NCBI GenBank assembly: GCA_004431415.1
Contig: QPMI01000524.1
Span: 209,572-273,571, forward strand
DNA: 64,000 bases
Direction of reading: 5' to 3'
Source: Cyanophora paradoxa CCMP329
Taxonomy: Eukaryota; Plantae; Glaucophyta
The stretch's first letter is position 1, and each line of letters opens with the position of its first letter. The notes under the pieces were generated by a model. It had not been told where the DNA came from, did no database searches, and saw only the letters and a program-made list of their open reading frames with translations. Positions 1 through 14,130 of this stretch are shown one piece after another. A program made the position numbers and the translations under genes.

Positions 1-212
1 CGCCCCGGCCCGCCGCCATCGCGCCCTTGCGCCCCGTGCCCCCCGCTGCGGTCCTCCGGCGCCCAGCCCTCAGCACCCTGTGTGCCCAGCAGCCCTCGAT
101 ATTAGCTAGCGCCCCGCCGCCATCGCGCCCCTGCGCCCCGTGCCCCCCGCTGCGGTCCTCCAGCGCCCAGCCTGGCAGCCCTCAGCACCCTGTGTGCCCA
201 GCCGCCCTCTAT
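1..212. repeat. Two imperfect tandem copies of a ~100-bp GC-rich unit
   Basis: gccatcgcgccc...gccccgtgccccccg...ctgcggtcctcc...cagccctcagcaccctgtgtgcccagc occurs at about 16-92 and 119-202. Confidence 0.7.
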
Positions 213-748
213 TAGCTTTTTTTTTTGGAAAAGCCCCTGGGGGGCATATCAGTATATTAGTTAACGTTAGGCCAGCCCCGCGTATGTCCCCGCTGGGGGG
301 CCAAAAAAGACGGACTGTGAACATGCTAAGGTTGCTGTGGAGCTGTGCGAGTACTACGGTGACTGCAGGTTAACGTTGGTGCGGGCCACGAAGGTGCAGA
401 TATCGATGCGGGTGGGTGGACTTGAAAGGGGGAGGTGGTAGCGGTAGTGAGGTAGCAGTATTGAGGGGGGGGCGAAGGGGGGGGGGTAGCTATAGGCCTC
501 AGCTATATATAGGCCTCAGGCCGCGGCGGGCCGCTGCGAGCGCGGCCTGCCGGCAGGGGCCCGCAGCTATATATAGGCCTCAGGCCGCGGTGGGCCGCTG
601 TGCGCGGGCGCGGCCTGCGGCCTGCCCGACTTTCCGGTACCCGGAAAGTTCACGACCGCAAGGTCGTCGCGCCGCATAGGCGTCTCTGCTGCTCGTCAGA
701 GCCTCTCCCGATGTCCACTGCATCTCTGGTGCGTGCCGGACCGCGGCG

Positions 749-3011
749 GTGCCCGCTGCGACGGTCGGCCGACACTTTCCCCAGATTCCCGGCATCGGCT
801 CGCTAGGCGTCAAGCCAGGCGTGCCCGGACAGACACCTCGCCCTGCTTCCTCATCGACGAACTCGCGCTCCTCGAGCTCGGACGACATGATGACCGATGG
901 ACCGGCCCCGCCGTCGGGACTACCAGCTCCGATCAACCCGGCGAACTCGTCGGCACAGGCCGGCTACACCGAAGTTGTCCCCTACGGCAAGACAGCCGAG
1001 TCCCGACTCCAGTCCTACAATGCGGCACTGTTCGCTTACAAGGAAGCGTGCAAGCCTTTCATTCCCGGCTGCAACTTCCAGAACCGCGACCCGTCCAAGC
1101 GGGAGATCATGCTTCACCTCGAGCAACAGCTCAAGCTACACGGCCTTGCCAGCAAGGTCGTTGTCACGGAGAACTACCCGGTGTCCAACAACTTCGCCTT
1201 CTGCGTGCGGCAGCTCGACGACAAGGCCGCCGTTTACAAGACGATAGAGGAGCTGCGAGAGCTCGACATTCGGGACCTCAACAATGACCGGTGCACGTGC
1301 TCGCACCCGTGCGCGCGCTCACCGCCTCTCACTCCACCCTTGCTCAGGATTCACTTCGAGTCCACCATTCTCATCGAGGACCGCGAGAACCCGACACTCG
1401 CGTTCCACGGCATGCCGCCTCTCTGTACGCCCTGCCGCGCTGCGGAGCCCTGCGCGCACGTGCCTTACCCTGCTGTCGCCCCTCTCTCGCAGACGGCCGC
1501 GGAGAGAAGAAAACGGACAAGCACACGCACATCCGCCATGAGGAGTGCAAGGAAAAGGTGGCGGCGTTCATCGTCAACGCCTTCACCTCCGCGAAGCTCC
1601 CGCGTCCGGACCCGGTGGAGGTCCAGAACGAGATCCTCGGCATCGGATATGAGGCCTCGACTTTCGCGCAAGACCGCCAGGAGCGGCTCAACGCCCGCCC
1701 GGTCCTCTTCGCTGCCATGCCTCGCAAGGTGCGCACCTGATGGCGCCCACACCCCGCGCCCGGTTTCTTAAGCTGACGAGAATCTGCTCGGGCAGTACGC
1801 GGACGTGCTCCTGGCAATGTCGAAGGACTACGCGATCCTTGAAAGCGAGCACCCGGTCTGCATCCGCGACGTAACGGCGACCGGGGAACAACGGCTCCCG
1901 CTCAGCGAGTACCCCAAGGACGCCATCGTGCTGCTAATGACCGCCCCCAAGGGCCGCCGCCCGGACGGCTCGCTGGTGCGCGCACCGCCCCACGTGCCCG
2001 CGCATGCGTGCACCAACGCCGACGCCGGACGGGCGCGCCCCCAGGTCGTTCACTTTCTCCGCCACTGCGGCGTGGAGAACATCCACCACTGGGAGATCTT
2101 CTACGTCGAATCGACCTCGCAGGCGCCCTTCGCCCTCCGCCTCGTCCTCCGCAACCCGGACTTCGAGCGCTACGTCAACTCTTCTTTCTTTGCTGCGCAC
2201 CCGCTGGGCAACTCCCGGCCTCGCTGGCGCGTCGGCGGCCTCAACACGCTCGACATCCGCTTCCGCCTCATTCCGGCGCCCGCCGGCGAGCCTCTCGGCA
2301 ACATCTGTACCTCGGTGCGCGCGACGCCCCGCCGCGTCTATGCGTCGCGAACTCGCGCACACACACTCCGTTACAGGCGTGCTGCATCATGGACGACCCG
2401 TACGGCCACCCCTGGGCGAACCGGTGGAAGTGCCCCAAGGCGCAAGACGACTTCATCAAGAAGACCGCCGACTACGCGGCCGCCAAGGCAGTGCGTGTCT
2501 GCGGCGCGCCCGCGGGCTCCGCGGTGGCGAAAGCGGCCGCCGAAGCGGCTCGGGCGGCCGCCGCGCGCTCCGCCACCGACACCTTCCGGACGGACCTCGC
2601 GCGCACGCGCGCCGCCGTCAACACCGACGCTGATGCCGACAGCGACAACGACGACCGCGCCTCCGTCGTGTCCGCCGCCTCCGTCAGCACCACGAGCAGC
2701 GCGGTCCGCCGCTTCAGCCTCCTCGACATGCAACGCCCGGTCCACCGGCACCAGTCTCCGTCCGAGGCGAGCCCCGCGCGCCCGCCCATCGCTTTCGGAA
2801 TGACCGACCCCGCTGCCCGCAGATGCGTCGCAACGAGCGCCGTGCGGCTGAGCGCGAAGCCGCCGCCGCCGCCGCTGCCGCCGGCACGATGCCGGCCCCG
2901 CCAGCCCCGCGCCAACAGACCGGCCGCGAGAGCAAGCGCCGACTCGCCCAGAAGGCCGCGGAGATCGCCGCCAACAAGGCGGCCAAACGCTACCTCAACC
3001 AGGCAGCGTAG
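749..3011 (+). CDS. Spliced host gene (or gag/ORF1-like gene) of unknown function
   Basis: Consecutive + ORFs with GC3-rich coding bias are joined by short GT-AG introns (e.g. 1291-1347 gtgcac...ctcag). There is a Cys/His cluster (CTS/ACCIMDDPYGHPWANRWKC) and an Ala-rich tail. Exon limits are approximate. Confidence 0.5.
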
Positions 3012-4642
3012 CCCCGACGGCGGGAGGCTCCGGCTCACGGCCGCCCGGAGCTATCGAGCAGCTAGCTCCTTTCCTCTCCTGTGCAGGAGACCCTTTCTCT
3101 AGCTATCTTTCCTTTCCTTGGACAATCTTTTCTTTCAGTCGAATGAACCTTCACGTCTACAACAGTAGATTTCATGGGGCTGTGCCCCTAGCCTGGAACT
3201 GATGTTCTCCTCCCCGGGCTCAGCCCCTAATGTGAACGCGAAGGCCTTTTTGGAAGTTTTTTGCCTTCGTCCCCTGCAATATAGATAGGCAGAGGGGGGG
3301 GGGGGGGGGGGGTTCGGAGTGGGGGGGGGCGGGGCTAGGACGAGGGTGCGCGCATAGGTAAGGACGCGCCCGCTCAGGACCCCACGGCGGCGACGGGAGC
3401 GGGAGGAGGCCAAGCTGGAGGAGACTCGAACGCGGCGTCGGCAGGGCCCAGCCGGGCCCGTAAGGCCGAGGTTTAGGAGCTTCGGCTCCCCACGTTCGGC
3501 CAGCGACGACCTGCTCCCAACACCCGCCGCACCCGTGGACTTGGGCGGCGCGATTCAAGACCCAGCGCAACAATCCTGAACCTACCCTCCCATCTCCCCC
3601 TCCCCACCTCCTCTCTCAACTCCCCCCCTCACGAGCGACCCGCGGCCATGTTTTAGAACCAGCAAGAGGGCATCTAGGACCGTGTAGCTCAGCATGCCTA
3701 CGCCTCCTACTTGAGGACCGGCGCATATTATGTGTTGGGGGCGACCTGTCGGCTACAGCTTCAGCATCAGCTCGACTACGACAACAAGCTATAGAACCGA
3801 GCTCGCCCTTTTCCTCAGTGTAGCTTGGCTTTCCCAGTATCCGGTAGGCGTGGAGCGGGGGACTGCTGTCATGTGTGTACGAATGGAGCAGACTTTCCAA
3901 AAAAAAGGCCTGCGGCCTGCCCGGCCGCGCCGGCCGCGGCAGAGGATCATCGGATCATGAGCTAGCTATAGGCTAAGCGCTAGCGCTAGCTGCGCGCCGC
4001 GGCCAGCGCCTATATATAGCTACTAGGCTAGGCCTGCAGCTGCCGGCAGGCCCTAGGGGACCCTCGGAGGGGGTGGGCCTCCCAAATTCCCAATGCGCGC
4101 CGCCCTCTATATATAGCTAGCCCCGGCGCCCCGCGCCGCCGGGTGCCGCCCTACTAGGCTAGCCTATAGCGCTAGCCTATAGCTAGTATACGTAGCTAGC
4201 TATATAGCGCCAGCTGCATGCACTGCGGCATTTACATGCCCCATATGCATGCGCACTGCGGCATATATATATGCATGCCGCCGGCACCGCCGCGCCGCGC
4301 CGCGCCCCCGGCCCTGCAGCCCGTGCCCCGGCCCGGCCCATCGATGTCATGATCATGATGGTAAGTATACGTATACCACCGCCGGCGGTTTGATTTGTGA
4401 TTGCTTTGTTGTCCTTAATATCACTACCTACGGGGGGTTCGCCCCACGTGCACGTGCGCGCACTGTAGTCTCTCAAAAAAAATCGTCGAGTCGGTTTGAC
4501 GGTATACGTATACGGTACCCCCAGCGCTTGCTGAGGCAGCTGAGCAGCTGAGGCAGCTGAGCGACGCTTGATCGTGAGCGACAGCCGTCGCTCGCCGTGT
4601 TTTAGCGTTTAGCTAAGCCAGCTTTAGCGCTTGACCCTCATC

Positions 4643-6475
4643 ATGTTCGCGGGAAAGAAGCGGAAGGCGTCCCTCGACGCCGATAGAAAGCTGGCAGCGC
4701 TTCACAAGAGATACAGCAAGCTGGTCTTCTTCCCCTGGGACCTGGTGCGCACGACCGCCGCCGAGCGAACGCTGCTTACGCCACGGCACGCGCCGCTAGC
4801 TACCTGTCGAGGTGCTCTGCATGATTATGCAGCGGCTTGACGTCCTCAGCGCCTCCCGCTTCCGCCAGTCTTCTCCGGTCATCTGGCGCAGGGTGCGTGC
4901 ACCTGGGAGCGGCGAGCTGCTGCGGCTCCTGTTCCTGCGCGGGTGCTCACTCGCCGCCAGCTGCCGCTCGGCGATGGCACCACCGCGGCTCCCTGGCTCC
5001 CGACCACGGCGACCATTTCAATTGGCGCCGACGTGCGCCCCCCGAGCCTGCCGGCCACCGGCACTGTGGTGGCGGACGCCTTCGTTGACTGCATGCACGC
5101 CGTGCGAGCGCCGCATCTAGATCTGCCCCGCCTGCACGCACGGGCGAGCTCATGCGCATCGGCAGGCCTGCGCGATCTTGCTGGAGAACCGGTACTTCGC
5201 CCGCGCGGACAGCCTGCGCATCGTCTGGTGCCGGCCGTCGGCGTCCAAGTGCCCCGAAAGCGGCGACTACCACTGCTCCGACCGGTTGTCCGCCCCGATG
5301 CTCGAGTCCCTCAAGCGGCGGCCCAACAAGATGGTCGACGTGCGATTCACGGCCGCTACGAACTCTCCCCACAAGAGCGGCGGGGCGCGCGTCGGCTACA
5401 TCTCGGCCACGGTGCCGCTTGGCGGTGCCTACGTCGACTCCTGCCTACTGTCTTCCTGGCAGCCGGGCTGTGTGAAGAACGTGCGCGCCTGCTTGCCGCC
5501 CGCGCTCGGTCCGGCACCCGCAGACGCCGCGCGCTTAGCTCGACGCCATCGTCGGCTTCATGAACTTCAGCGCCGTCGAGGCCGCCGCCTCCGCATCCGC
5601 CGAGGACCCTGCGATTACGACGACGACCGTGCGGGCCCTCGCGATCGCGGGACAGGGCGCCGTGGCCGGCGAGGCCACGGGACCGTACCGCCAGTGCACG
5701 TGGCTCGCCCGCGCGTTCAAAGAACATGTCGCCGCCGCCGGCCGCCCCTGCCCCTTCCGGGCCCGCTCGTTCTTCTTCGGCGTCCACACTTGGCATCCGG
5801 ACGACGGTGAAAAACCCCGGAAGGACGCGATGCTGCAGCTGATCGAGGACCTCTCCGACGTCCTCGCCTCGCGCATCCTCGTAGCGCGCGGCGCTGACCG
5901 CGCCAAACCCGAGCTCCGCCTCTTCCAACAACAGACCGACCGCACCCACGCGAAACCGGTCATCAAGGCCGATGCGCCCTTGTCCTTCCTGCGCTTCGGC
6001 GCGCGGCTCCTCCAGCGCACCGTGGAAAAGTTCGACCAGGCCTGCGACCTCAAGTTTGTCTTCGAGGGGTGCGCGCCCCCACCCTGCCCCGCCCCTCCCC
6101 ACGCTCACAAAAGCACGTCGCGCGCGCAGTATCGATGTCGGGACGTTGACGGGGTGCAGCGGCCTCTACGATGCGCTCACAGCGCGCACCGGCTTCACGG
6201 AGCTCGTCTTCCTTAACTGCGCCATGCGGACGGCGACGGCGACTGCGGTGTGGCCTGCCCACGCCAATGGCATGTTTTTGCTCGTGCGATCCGGCATCCT
6301 GCGGCCCGAGGCGAGGCTGTACGTCCGCGCCAAGTGGGATCCATGCTCGGCCGAGGTGCCGGAGTCCCAGACCCCCCTCCTCGTGCCCCTTACCGGCTGC
6401 CGGCTCTTGGCCCTGGAGAACATGAGCCCAAATCTCCTCGAGTTCCGTTGGCCGCGTTCCAAGCATCGCTTCTAA
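4643..6475 (+). CDS. Spliced host gene of unknown function
   Basis: Coding-like ORF pieces (4631-4840, 5178-5480, 5560-6068, 6130-6475) are separated by gtgcgc...ag introns. No family recognised. Confidence 0.4.
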
Positions 6476-6662
6476 CTAGTAAACAGTATACGTAGGTCAT
6501 CGATGTCATTGTGCTTTCCGGTCTTTTTTCGTGCTCTTGGCCGAGGTGCCGGAGTCCCAGGCCCCCCTCCTCGTGCCCCTTACCGGCTGCCGGCTCTTGG
6601 CCCTTGAGAACATGAGCCCAAATCTCCTCGAGTTCCCGTGGCCGCGTTCCAAGCATCGCTTC
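6343..6662 (+). repeat. ~125-bp near-identical direct duplication of the gene 3' end
   Basis: ggccgaggtgccggagtcccag...ccaagcatcgcttc occurs at about 6349-6472 and 6539-6662. Confidence 0.9.
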
Positions 6663-8631
6663 AGGAAGTGTGCGGCCGTCCCTCACTCTTACCTTTGGGC
6701 TAGAGCTTGCATGATGAGGGCCGAGAGTGCAGAAAACGGAGAAAGATCTCGGCCTCTTGGAGAAACGGATTGCAGACCCCATCCTTTGATTGGGTATTGT
6801 TTAGATTCCACGCTTTGGCAGTGTTCACACTTTGATTGCATGTTTGTTTTCTAGATGTACCTGTGAGGATTAGAGTTGAGAGTCAAGCGTTTCTGGCAGA
6901 GCTTACAATTGTACTGGCTATAACATTGAACTCATTTGTGGACAATTTAGATTCGGTACGTTCCGGTTCCGGTCCAGATCCATGGGCATGCATGAACAAT
7001 TATAGGGGAAACAGCGGAACCAATTGCATGCAAGTATGCATGCATGCATGAATATTATAATTATAGGGGACACAGCGGAACCAATTGCAATGTATAGCAA
7101 GCATGTGCAAACAGTTGAAATTGCCATGACATTCAATTGCAAGCGCTAGCTATATAGCCTCTAATAAGCTAGTCTGCATTCAACTGCTGCGGTGGCCTGC
7201 TTTCAGGATATCGATATCGATGAGGCGCTTGCGCAAGTTATCCCATATCTTCGGATTCGGCGAATTAAACATCGCCATGCCCAAGGCGAAGTCTTTGAAG
7301 GAGGCGCGAGCCAGAGTCCGAGAAGTACCGTCATCCTTCGAAATCTGTACATTCGTTAGTTATATAATTAATCAAGATCTGATGCAAAGCACTTTAATTC
7401 TATTCAGAGGAATGAAGGCGAATCACCGAAACGAGCAACTCCGAAGGAATCTTGCGAAGGCTGAGCGGGGGATCGGCGTGCACGACGTCGAAATCAACGA
7501 GTTTGGTGGCAAAGTACTTCGTCTTCCCGTCCTGCGTGACTTCGACATCTGCGAGGTAGGCTGCAAGCTGGAACGGCTTATCGTTCATGTTCAGCGGGTC
7601 CATCTTGGTTGAAGCATCAAAAACGTCCACTGAGATCGGGCAAAAGCTTGGGATATACGTATACTTCGAATTCCCGACCTCTGTGCCCAAGATGTACTTC
7701 TCTCCTTTCACAAGGAACAGCTCGCCCCGTGAGCCAGTGATGCAATATCACAGGTCGATGTGCAATATGCAAACGATGGTGGAGCTGGGGCTATGCGAGC
7801 ATTGGCCTCCGGGCTGGCGAGACTCTCAAAGCTTGAACAGTGGAGCTTCGGTGTAGAAGGTTCTTTCCGTGAGGAACTGGACAGCTCCTGCCTGGTGACA
7901 CTGATAAGCCACCCGGCCCTCAAAAAGCTCGACCTCAAGCGCCTTCTATATAGCAGACCCTTTGGAAACATCTTCCACGTGTGTAAAACGAAGTCAATAT
8001 TATTATCCACAATATTAACTCTCCATCACTGCAGGCAATCGCTCGGGCCAGATCTCTGTTTTATGTGCGTCTGCACATAAAGTTTCCACATACAACATGC
8101 ATTGAGGACCTCGACGATATTTATGAGCTGCATGAATCACAGCTGACGTCGAAAAGCTTGCGCAATATTAATTGCAAGCCAGCGGTGAAATTAATCTTTC
8201 ACATGCATGGAAGCCTGGAGCAGCAAGCAGCAAACTGCTTTCGTAATTGGTTTGAAATTGATTCTCCGTCGATGTCGCTTTCTGTGAACCTGAAAAGAGT
8301 GATTGGAACCTAGTGTACTCGAGCTGGCATGCGCATGCATATGCATGCAGGAAGCTCGAGCTCGCGATCGAGCATCCAATAGGAGCGTACCCCCCGGAGC
8401 CTAGCCTGCCTAGAGCTGCTATAGCTAGTTAAAGGCTGGGCACCCTCCCGCCCACTGGGGCAGCCCCGGGGCAGGCACCCTCCCGCCCACTGGGGCAGCC
8501 CCCGGGCCCGCCCCAGAGCCTACCGCGCGGTTGCAGCCGCCCGGCCCCCCCCCCCCCCCTTCCCCCCTCCCCCTGAACTTGGAAGCAATTAACGGCTTGC
8601 GCCGAAAAAGAAGGCTGGGCGCGCGATTAGC

Positions 8632-10795
8632 ATGCGCATGCATATGCAAACTTCCGCCACGTGCAAGCGGAGCGATGCGGAAGCCGGCGCGGAGCCGGCG
8701 AAGCGAGGCCGGCGAAGCGAGGTCTTCGGTCCAGAGCTTGCCGGTACGGGCCACATTCGTTTCGCGATCTTTGAGCTAATTTTGCTTGTAGGAGACGCTT
8801 CGAGCGCCCTCTCGAGGCTGCTGGACGTGACGTTTACGGAGAGCGGCGACGAAGTGAGGTCCGTGCCGGTCTTGGAAGCGCAAGAGACCGCTACGGAGGC
8901 TATACGTGCGCTTTGAACTCTCTCTGACCGCCCCCGTGATCTGCATACGACGGGCGTTCGCGCAGCACTCCGGCTCGCCGCCGCCGCAGGAGAGAGCGCC
9001 CCCCGCGCCTCAGAGCCAGTGGAGAACCCCGCGGAAGATCTCGAGCTCGTGCCGATATCGATCAACTCCATCCCGAACGACTGCCTGCGGCACCTGTTTG
9101 AGATGATGGGTCAGCCCGTGAGTTGGCCGCTACGGAGTGTGTGCCGGTACGCATGCGCGGGCCGCAGCGCTTGGCTCAGCCGGCAAATCCAGATCCACTA
9201 ACGTATAGGTATGAAGGCAGTGGAACGGCGTCATCGAAAGCGTACAGTGGAAGGAGGTCCACATACGCATCTCCGGCACAGCGCCTTCCGGATCTCTGGG
9301 CTCTTCGCTTGATGCTGAGGCTCAGTCGCAAGGATGGACGAGAGCGTGCGGAACTGCTGCTGCGCAAGCTGTGGCACGGCTGCTGGACAACAACACACTG
9401 AAGGTTTCAGATGCCGCATCCTTGGCGATCAGCGCGGAGGCCGCAAGCTCAGCCTGGCTCGTGTCTCAGCGAGTAGCGGCAGCCTGTCACAGGCGTACAG
9501 TCGCGTCCATCTGCAAGGTTCTGCGAGCCAAGAGCCTGGCGAATAAGATGCAGAACCTGACAGTCGAGTTGCGCATGTGCCCAGAGCACCTAGAATGCAA
9601 CGGAGAAAAAGCTGTCAATGTCTACTTCATAGATGAATACGTGCTCAGCATTCTGGACGCTCTCTCAGCTGTCGTCACATTGAAAAGCCTTCATATCATC
9701 CTCACATGCACTCAGTTCGCCTCGGCCCATCTTCAGCGCCCATGGCTTCCGTGGCCGAAGGCTATTGAACTCGACAGTCGACTGCGGCCATTCAAGGACC
9801 TTTCAGCTTTGAGCCTGGTGCTTGCTAAGACGAATCCCATGCCGGTGGAGCTCCTCTCCGCTGTGCGGGGATGCTGCCCGCGTATTTGCAGCCTTGTGAT
9901 TACACCGGATATGAGCAGTGAAGCGATTGGACCCGCCTTCGATTACATCGCAGCTCTGGAGTGCCTCGAAGACCTGGTCATCGTCATGCCCGATCAAGTG
10001 TGGGACGTGACCGACGCGCTAACCAGTCTCGGCCGGGCAGTGGGCAGGCTACGCCAGCTAACTTTTGCATATCGACCAACTGAAGCGCATGCGAGGTCAT
10101 TCTTACCACAATGTGTCTGACCACCTTTGTCTGACCACTTCTAGTTCTGCTGCAGGAGTGGCAAGCTTCAGGCACGCCGTGTCGTACTGTGTGACACATA
10201 TGGAGTTTATGCATGCAGTGAATACAATTGCGACTTGGACGGTCTCAAGGCAATCGCAAAGCTCACATCACTGAAGGTCATGAGAGGCATTCGGGTGCGC
10301 ACACTCACGGTCATGGTGGACCTGTTTGAAACATATATCGATGTGTACAAACGTGCAGATCGGGCTTGGCATGTCGGATGGACAAGCTGCGATGGACGCT
10401 CTGCGGAGGTGCACGCACCTGGAGGCCCTCTCTCTGCATGTTGCAGGCATCCCCCTGACAGAGAGTTGGGATGAAGATGGAATCGTAGAAATGCTCGTCG
10501 AAGCACTGGCTGCACTCCAATCCCTCAAATCCCTCAGCTTGCGCTTGTCTGGTGCGCTCGAGTTGTTTATTTATTCATTAGCTTTGCAAAAATGCTTCGC
10601 TCGGTCTCACATGCCTGTCTTGCATGCACAGATATTGGGCCTCCAGAGAAGGTAGTACGAATTCTTACTTGCGGCCCTGTGCGGCTGGCGACGCGATCGT
10701 CGGAATTACTTTTAAAGCGGGACTTGGCCGACGAGGAGGCCTTAGCCATCAATGCTATCGCTGGTCTTGAATTGTTAAGCATTGAGCACGAGTAA
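8632..10795 (+). CDS. F-box / RNI-like leucine-rich repeat protein (spliced)
   Basis: F-box-like segment SINSIPNDCLRHLFEMM...LRSVCR/QW at about 9058-9230, followed by LRR-like segments (TLKSLHI, LSALSLV, LECLEDLVI, HLEALSL, SLKSLSL). GT-AG introns are present. Confidence 0.65.
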
Positions 10796-11999
10796 GCCGT
10801 ACCCGATGTGTCACCAGAGTCAGTTTAGTACAATTGTTTAGTGCAATGTTGTGGTAAGAGTGACTCGAGAATTCGATTCGGGCCAGCTGCAGATGACAGC
10901 TGCAGTGAGGTTGTTCTTTATTTGTTTTTTGCAAAAAAGAGTTCCGCTGCGCTGAAAATCCAATTGCAAGTACGCTGCGCTGAAAACTGCATGCGCATGC
11001 GCAGCTGGATGTTCATGCGCTTGCTTAGCTGACATTCGGAGCACTTACGGTTGCGGCGGTACCGGCTGGATCACCGGTAGTTGCAGGCGGATATCGTTGC
11101 AGTAAAAATGCAGCCCGCGATGCAGCCCAAGGGCTGGATGGGTGCTTTGATGCGTATCAGTAGTATACCGCTGAAATTGTGGAACACTCTCCAGACTTCA
11201 AGTGCGCATCGCTTCCCGTGCTCCGTGACAAATGTTAATGCCAGTGTACCTGTGCAGAGAGCGACGACGACTCACGAGATCCGCTCGAGCAATTGTCTAC
11301 AGCTTGCGCACCCCATGGCCAATCTCCCGCAGCTGGTGAGGCTTCCGCGACTCTTGTGCAAGCGGCCACTGAAAGCATCGCCCTTGTACATTTAGAGAAC
11401 AGAGAATCGTCCGGACAGAAAGAAAGCCCTTCAGATCGTTCAGAAGCGAACGCAAAAACAGCAACACCGGTCCTCATGCCTCACTCCCAAACTTATTTCC
11501 AGCGCCCCAACGATGAGCAATCGTCTGGTAATGGTTTAATGAGATTCTTTTGCAGCTGTTGCAGATGGCTCAGCTATTACAGATGGTGATCAGCTCGATT
11601 CGATGACTACGCATGAGCAGGGCGAGATCGCAACACACACCTCAAGAAAGAGCGTTCCGTGTTTTTTGGAAAAAGGAAGCATGCAAATGCTCAGCAGCGC
11701 AGATCCGATTTCACTTCCTGGTGAGGCTTGCTGTAGATTGTTTCCAAATATGTTTGCTCAAGCATTGAACAGATGTTGTCACCACATCTTCACAAGTCGA
11801 GAGGTTTACTATATATGACTGTTTTGGTATTTGCTCGTTCTGATCTCCATCTGCGGGGGGTCTCATTTGCCAGGCCAGGCAAAGAATTCGGGCCTAAAAG
11901 CAAGCGCAAGTGCTATCAAAGATCCAAGGCTGCATCCGCACCTAGTGACACCGACAGTGCACCTGCACAGAGCTCGTGCGAATCCTGTCCAGCTTTGCC

Positions 12000-12240
12000 T
12001 CGTCGCAAGAGGCAGAAGAGCTTGATGAGAAGTGAAGCCCCACCTGGAAAATGCGCACCTACACAGGGCAACACCGCTGCATGTGACGGTCCAGCTCTGC
12101 GTCGGCACAAGAGGCAGAGAAATTTTATGAGAAGTGGGCTTCCACTGGTAAGAGATGCACCTACGCATGGCAACACTGCTGCATGCGACGGTCCAGCTCT
12201 GTATCGACGCAAGAAGCACAAGAGCTTTACAAAACGTGCA
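12000..12240 (+). repeat. ~102-bp tandem repeat (RRxKRQ...NTAACDGPAL)
   Basis: About 2.5 copies are visible in the DNA and in the translation of ORF 11773-12288. Confidence 0.75.
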
Positions 12241-12309
12241 CATGAGCATTGTGCCCAGTCTCAGCCAGGTGCTTACTCGTTTGCTTGATCAGAACGTGTC
12301 GAGCCTCCT

Positions 12310-13220
12310 GTTGTCAGGCCAGCCGAAGGTTCACTTCGTCATAAGGGCAACTTCATTCGGAGCTGGTACACGTTTCTTCAGAACTGCACGTATCGCAAGG
12401 CACGGCAATTGTCCTTGTATGACTGCTGGGATGAGGTAAAAAGTAAAAGACCTGGTGAGGACTGCATGTTCTTTTGGCCTGCATGTCTGCATGTGCATGC
12501 ACTGAGAGCATTGCCCAGATGTGGATCTCCGTGGTGCTGTGCAGGGCATGGCTCGGCTTGCAGAGAGTGACACTGAGGCTGCCCCTGCACAGAGCGACAC
12601 CGAGCTCGAGGCTGCACCCGCGCAGAGTGGCACCCAGACTGCATTCGCACGGAGCAAGGCCAATGCACACAAACGAAAGAGGCGCCTCACCTATTCAAAA
12701 TGTGCATCGACTTTTGAGAATTCTAAGCCGATGCTGATTCGTTTGCTTGAGCAGGCGAGCCCCCTTCTGTCAGGCCAGAGCATGGTCCACTTAGTCATAA
12801 GGGCAACTTCATTCGGAGCTGGTACACGTTTCTTCTTGACTGCACCTACCGCAAAGCACGAGAAGTTCCCTTGAATGACTGCTGGGAGGCGGTGAAAAGA
12901 AGAAAACCTGGTGGGAGCTGCATTTTCTTTCTGCCTGCATGCACTGAAGGCATCAACCAGGTGTGGATCTCCGTGGAGATGTGCAGGGCATGACTATTAT
13001 TGAGAACTACAGCTGCAGTGTGCTTGGCCCATTTCCGAACTATTCTTGGCCTCCTCTGGTCAGGCCAGCAAGAGGTCCACTTTCCGATAAGGAAGACTTC
13101 ATTCGGGCGTGGTACACCTTCCTTCTCGACTGTCCTCCTGAGGAAGCGAGATCTGTTCCGCTACAGCAATGCTCACACATCGTTTGCACAAGAAAACCTG
13201 GTGAGGACCACATGTGATTC
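12310..13220. repeat. Three diverged copies of a ~150-235-bp unit
   Basis: tcaggcca...cact...ataagg..acttcattcgg...ggtacac...aaaacctggtg occurs at about 12313, 12770 and 13060. Confidence 0.7.
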
Positions 13221-14130
13221 CTTCTGTTGCCGCACGCTCTTAAAGAACCATTTGTTCAGATGTCGTACTCGAACCGCTGGAAGACCAGCACAGCGACCGC
13301 AGCAAGACTCCCTGTCTACATCTGAAGCTGCAGCCATCCATGGACGACGAATCCGAAGCTCCAGCCGTCCATGACAGTGCTAGCCGCCTTTTTGTGTTCG
13401 CTTCGATAGCACTAAATCACTGACTCTAGCTAGGGCAGCGGGGCCGTGGGTGCACGGGACTATGGGTGGCAACTCGGCGACGGGCGGCGGGGCGCTAGAT
13501 CTAGAGGCCTAGCTAGGGGTCGTCAGGAGGCTGGAAGCCCGGGGGGACGCGCCACTGGAACCTTCCTCCCCCCCCCCCCCTCCCCCCCCGCGACCGCGGC
13601 CGCCCGACCCGGCCCTCCCCCGCCCTCCCTCACCACCCCGGCCCACGCTCGCCCGTTCCGAACCCCTCCGCTCCCTCCCTTCCAGCCCAACGCCTTCCCA
13701 ATCCTCTGAGCCTGGCGGCTCTACCAGGCCCGCTCCCAGACGAGCACGCCCCCATGCACCCCCGAGCCCGCCGCGCCGGCGACACGGCGGGCCGTACTTT
13801 AGCGTATAAAGAGTGGCTTAGGTTACAGAGCGCCTTCTCGGAGGCCATAGCTATAGCTTGCTAGGAATAGTCACAGTTAACGTTGCAGTCTTCTCGCCAT
13901 CCGCTTGTACTTGTTAGACTTTGCTCTCCCTCTCGTTTGGGTAGTAACTCCCTCCTCGCGTCACGGCGTAGGACCTCCCTTGTACTGCAGCACTACTAGG
14001 CTAGACCTAGCCCCGGGGTAGCCTTTCCAGTTATTTCCACATCTGAGCTCCACCCGGTCCGATGTCCGAAAGGCTTATGCTTAGTCCCGTAGGTTCATCT
14101 CTCGACGTCGACTTGACACAGATGGACATC

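Noticed and set aside
217-3906. T-run+GGAAA ... TTTCC+A-run as TIRs around the first gene
   Set aside because: The match is mostly homopolymer with only 5 specific bases, and there is no TSD or transposase.
7220-8313. Overlapping ORFs on both strands, including LRR-like fragments
   Set aside because: Too fragmentary to assign a strand or product. It may be a decayed LRR paralogue.
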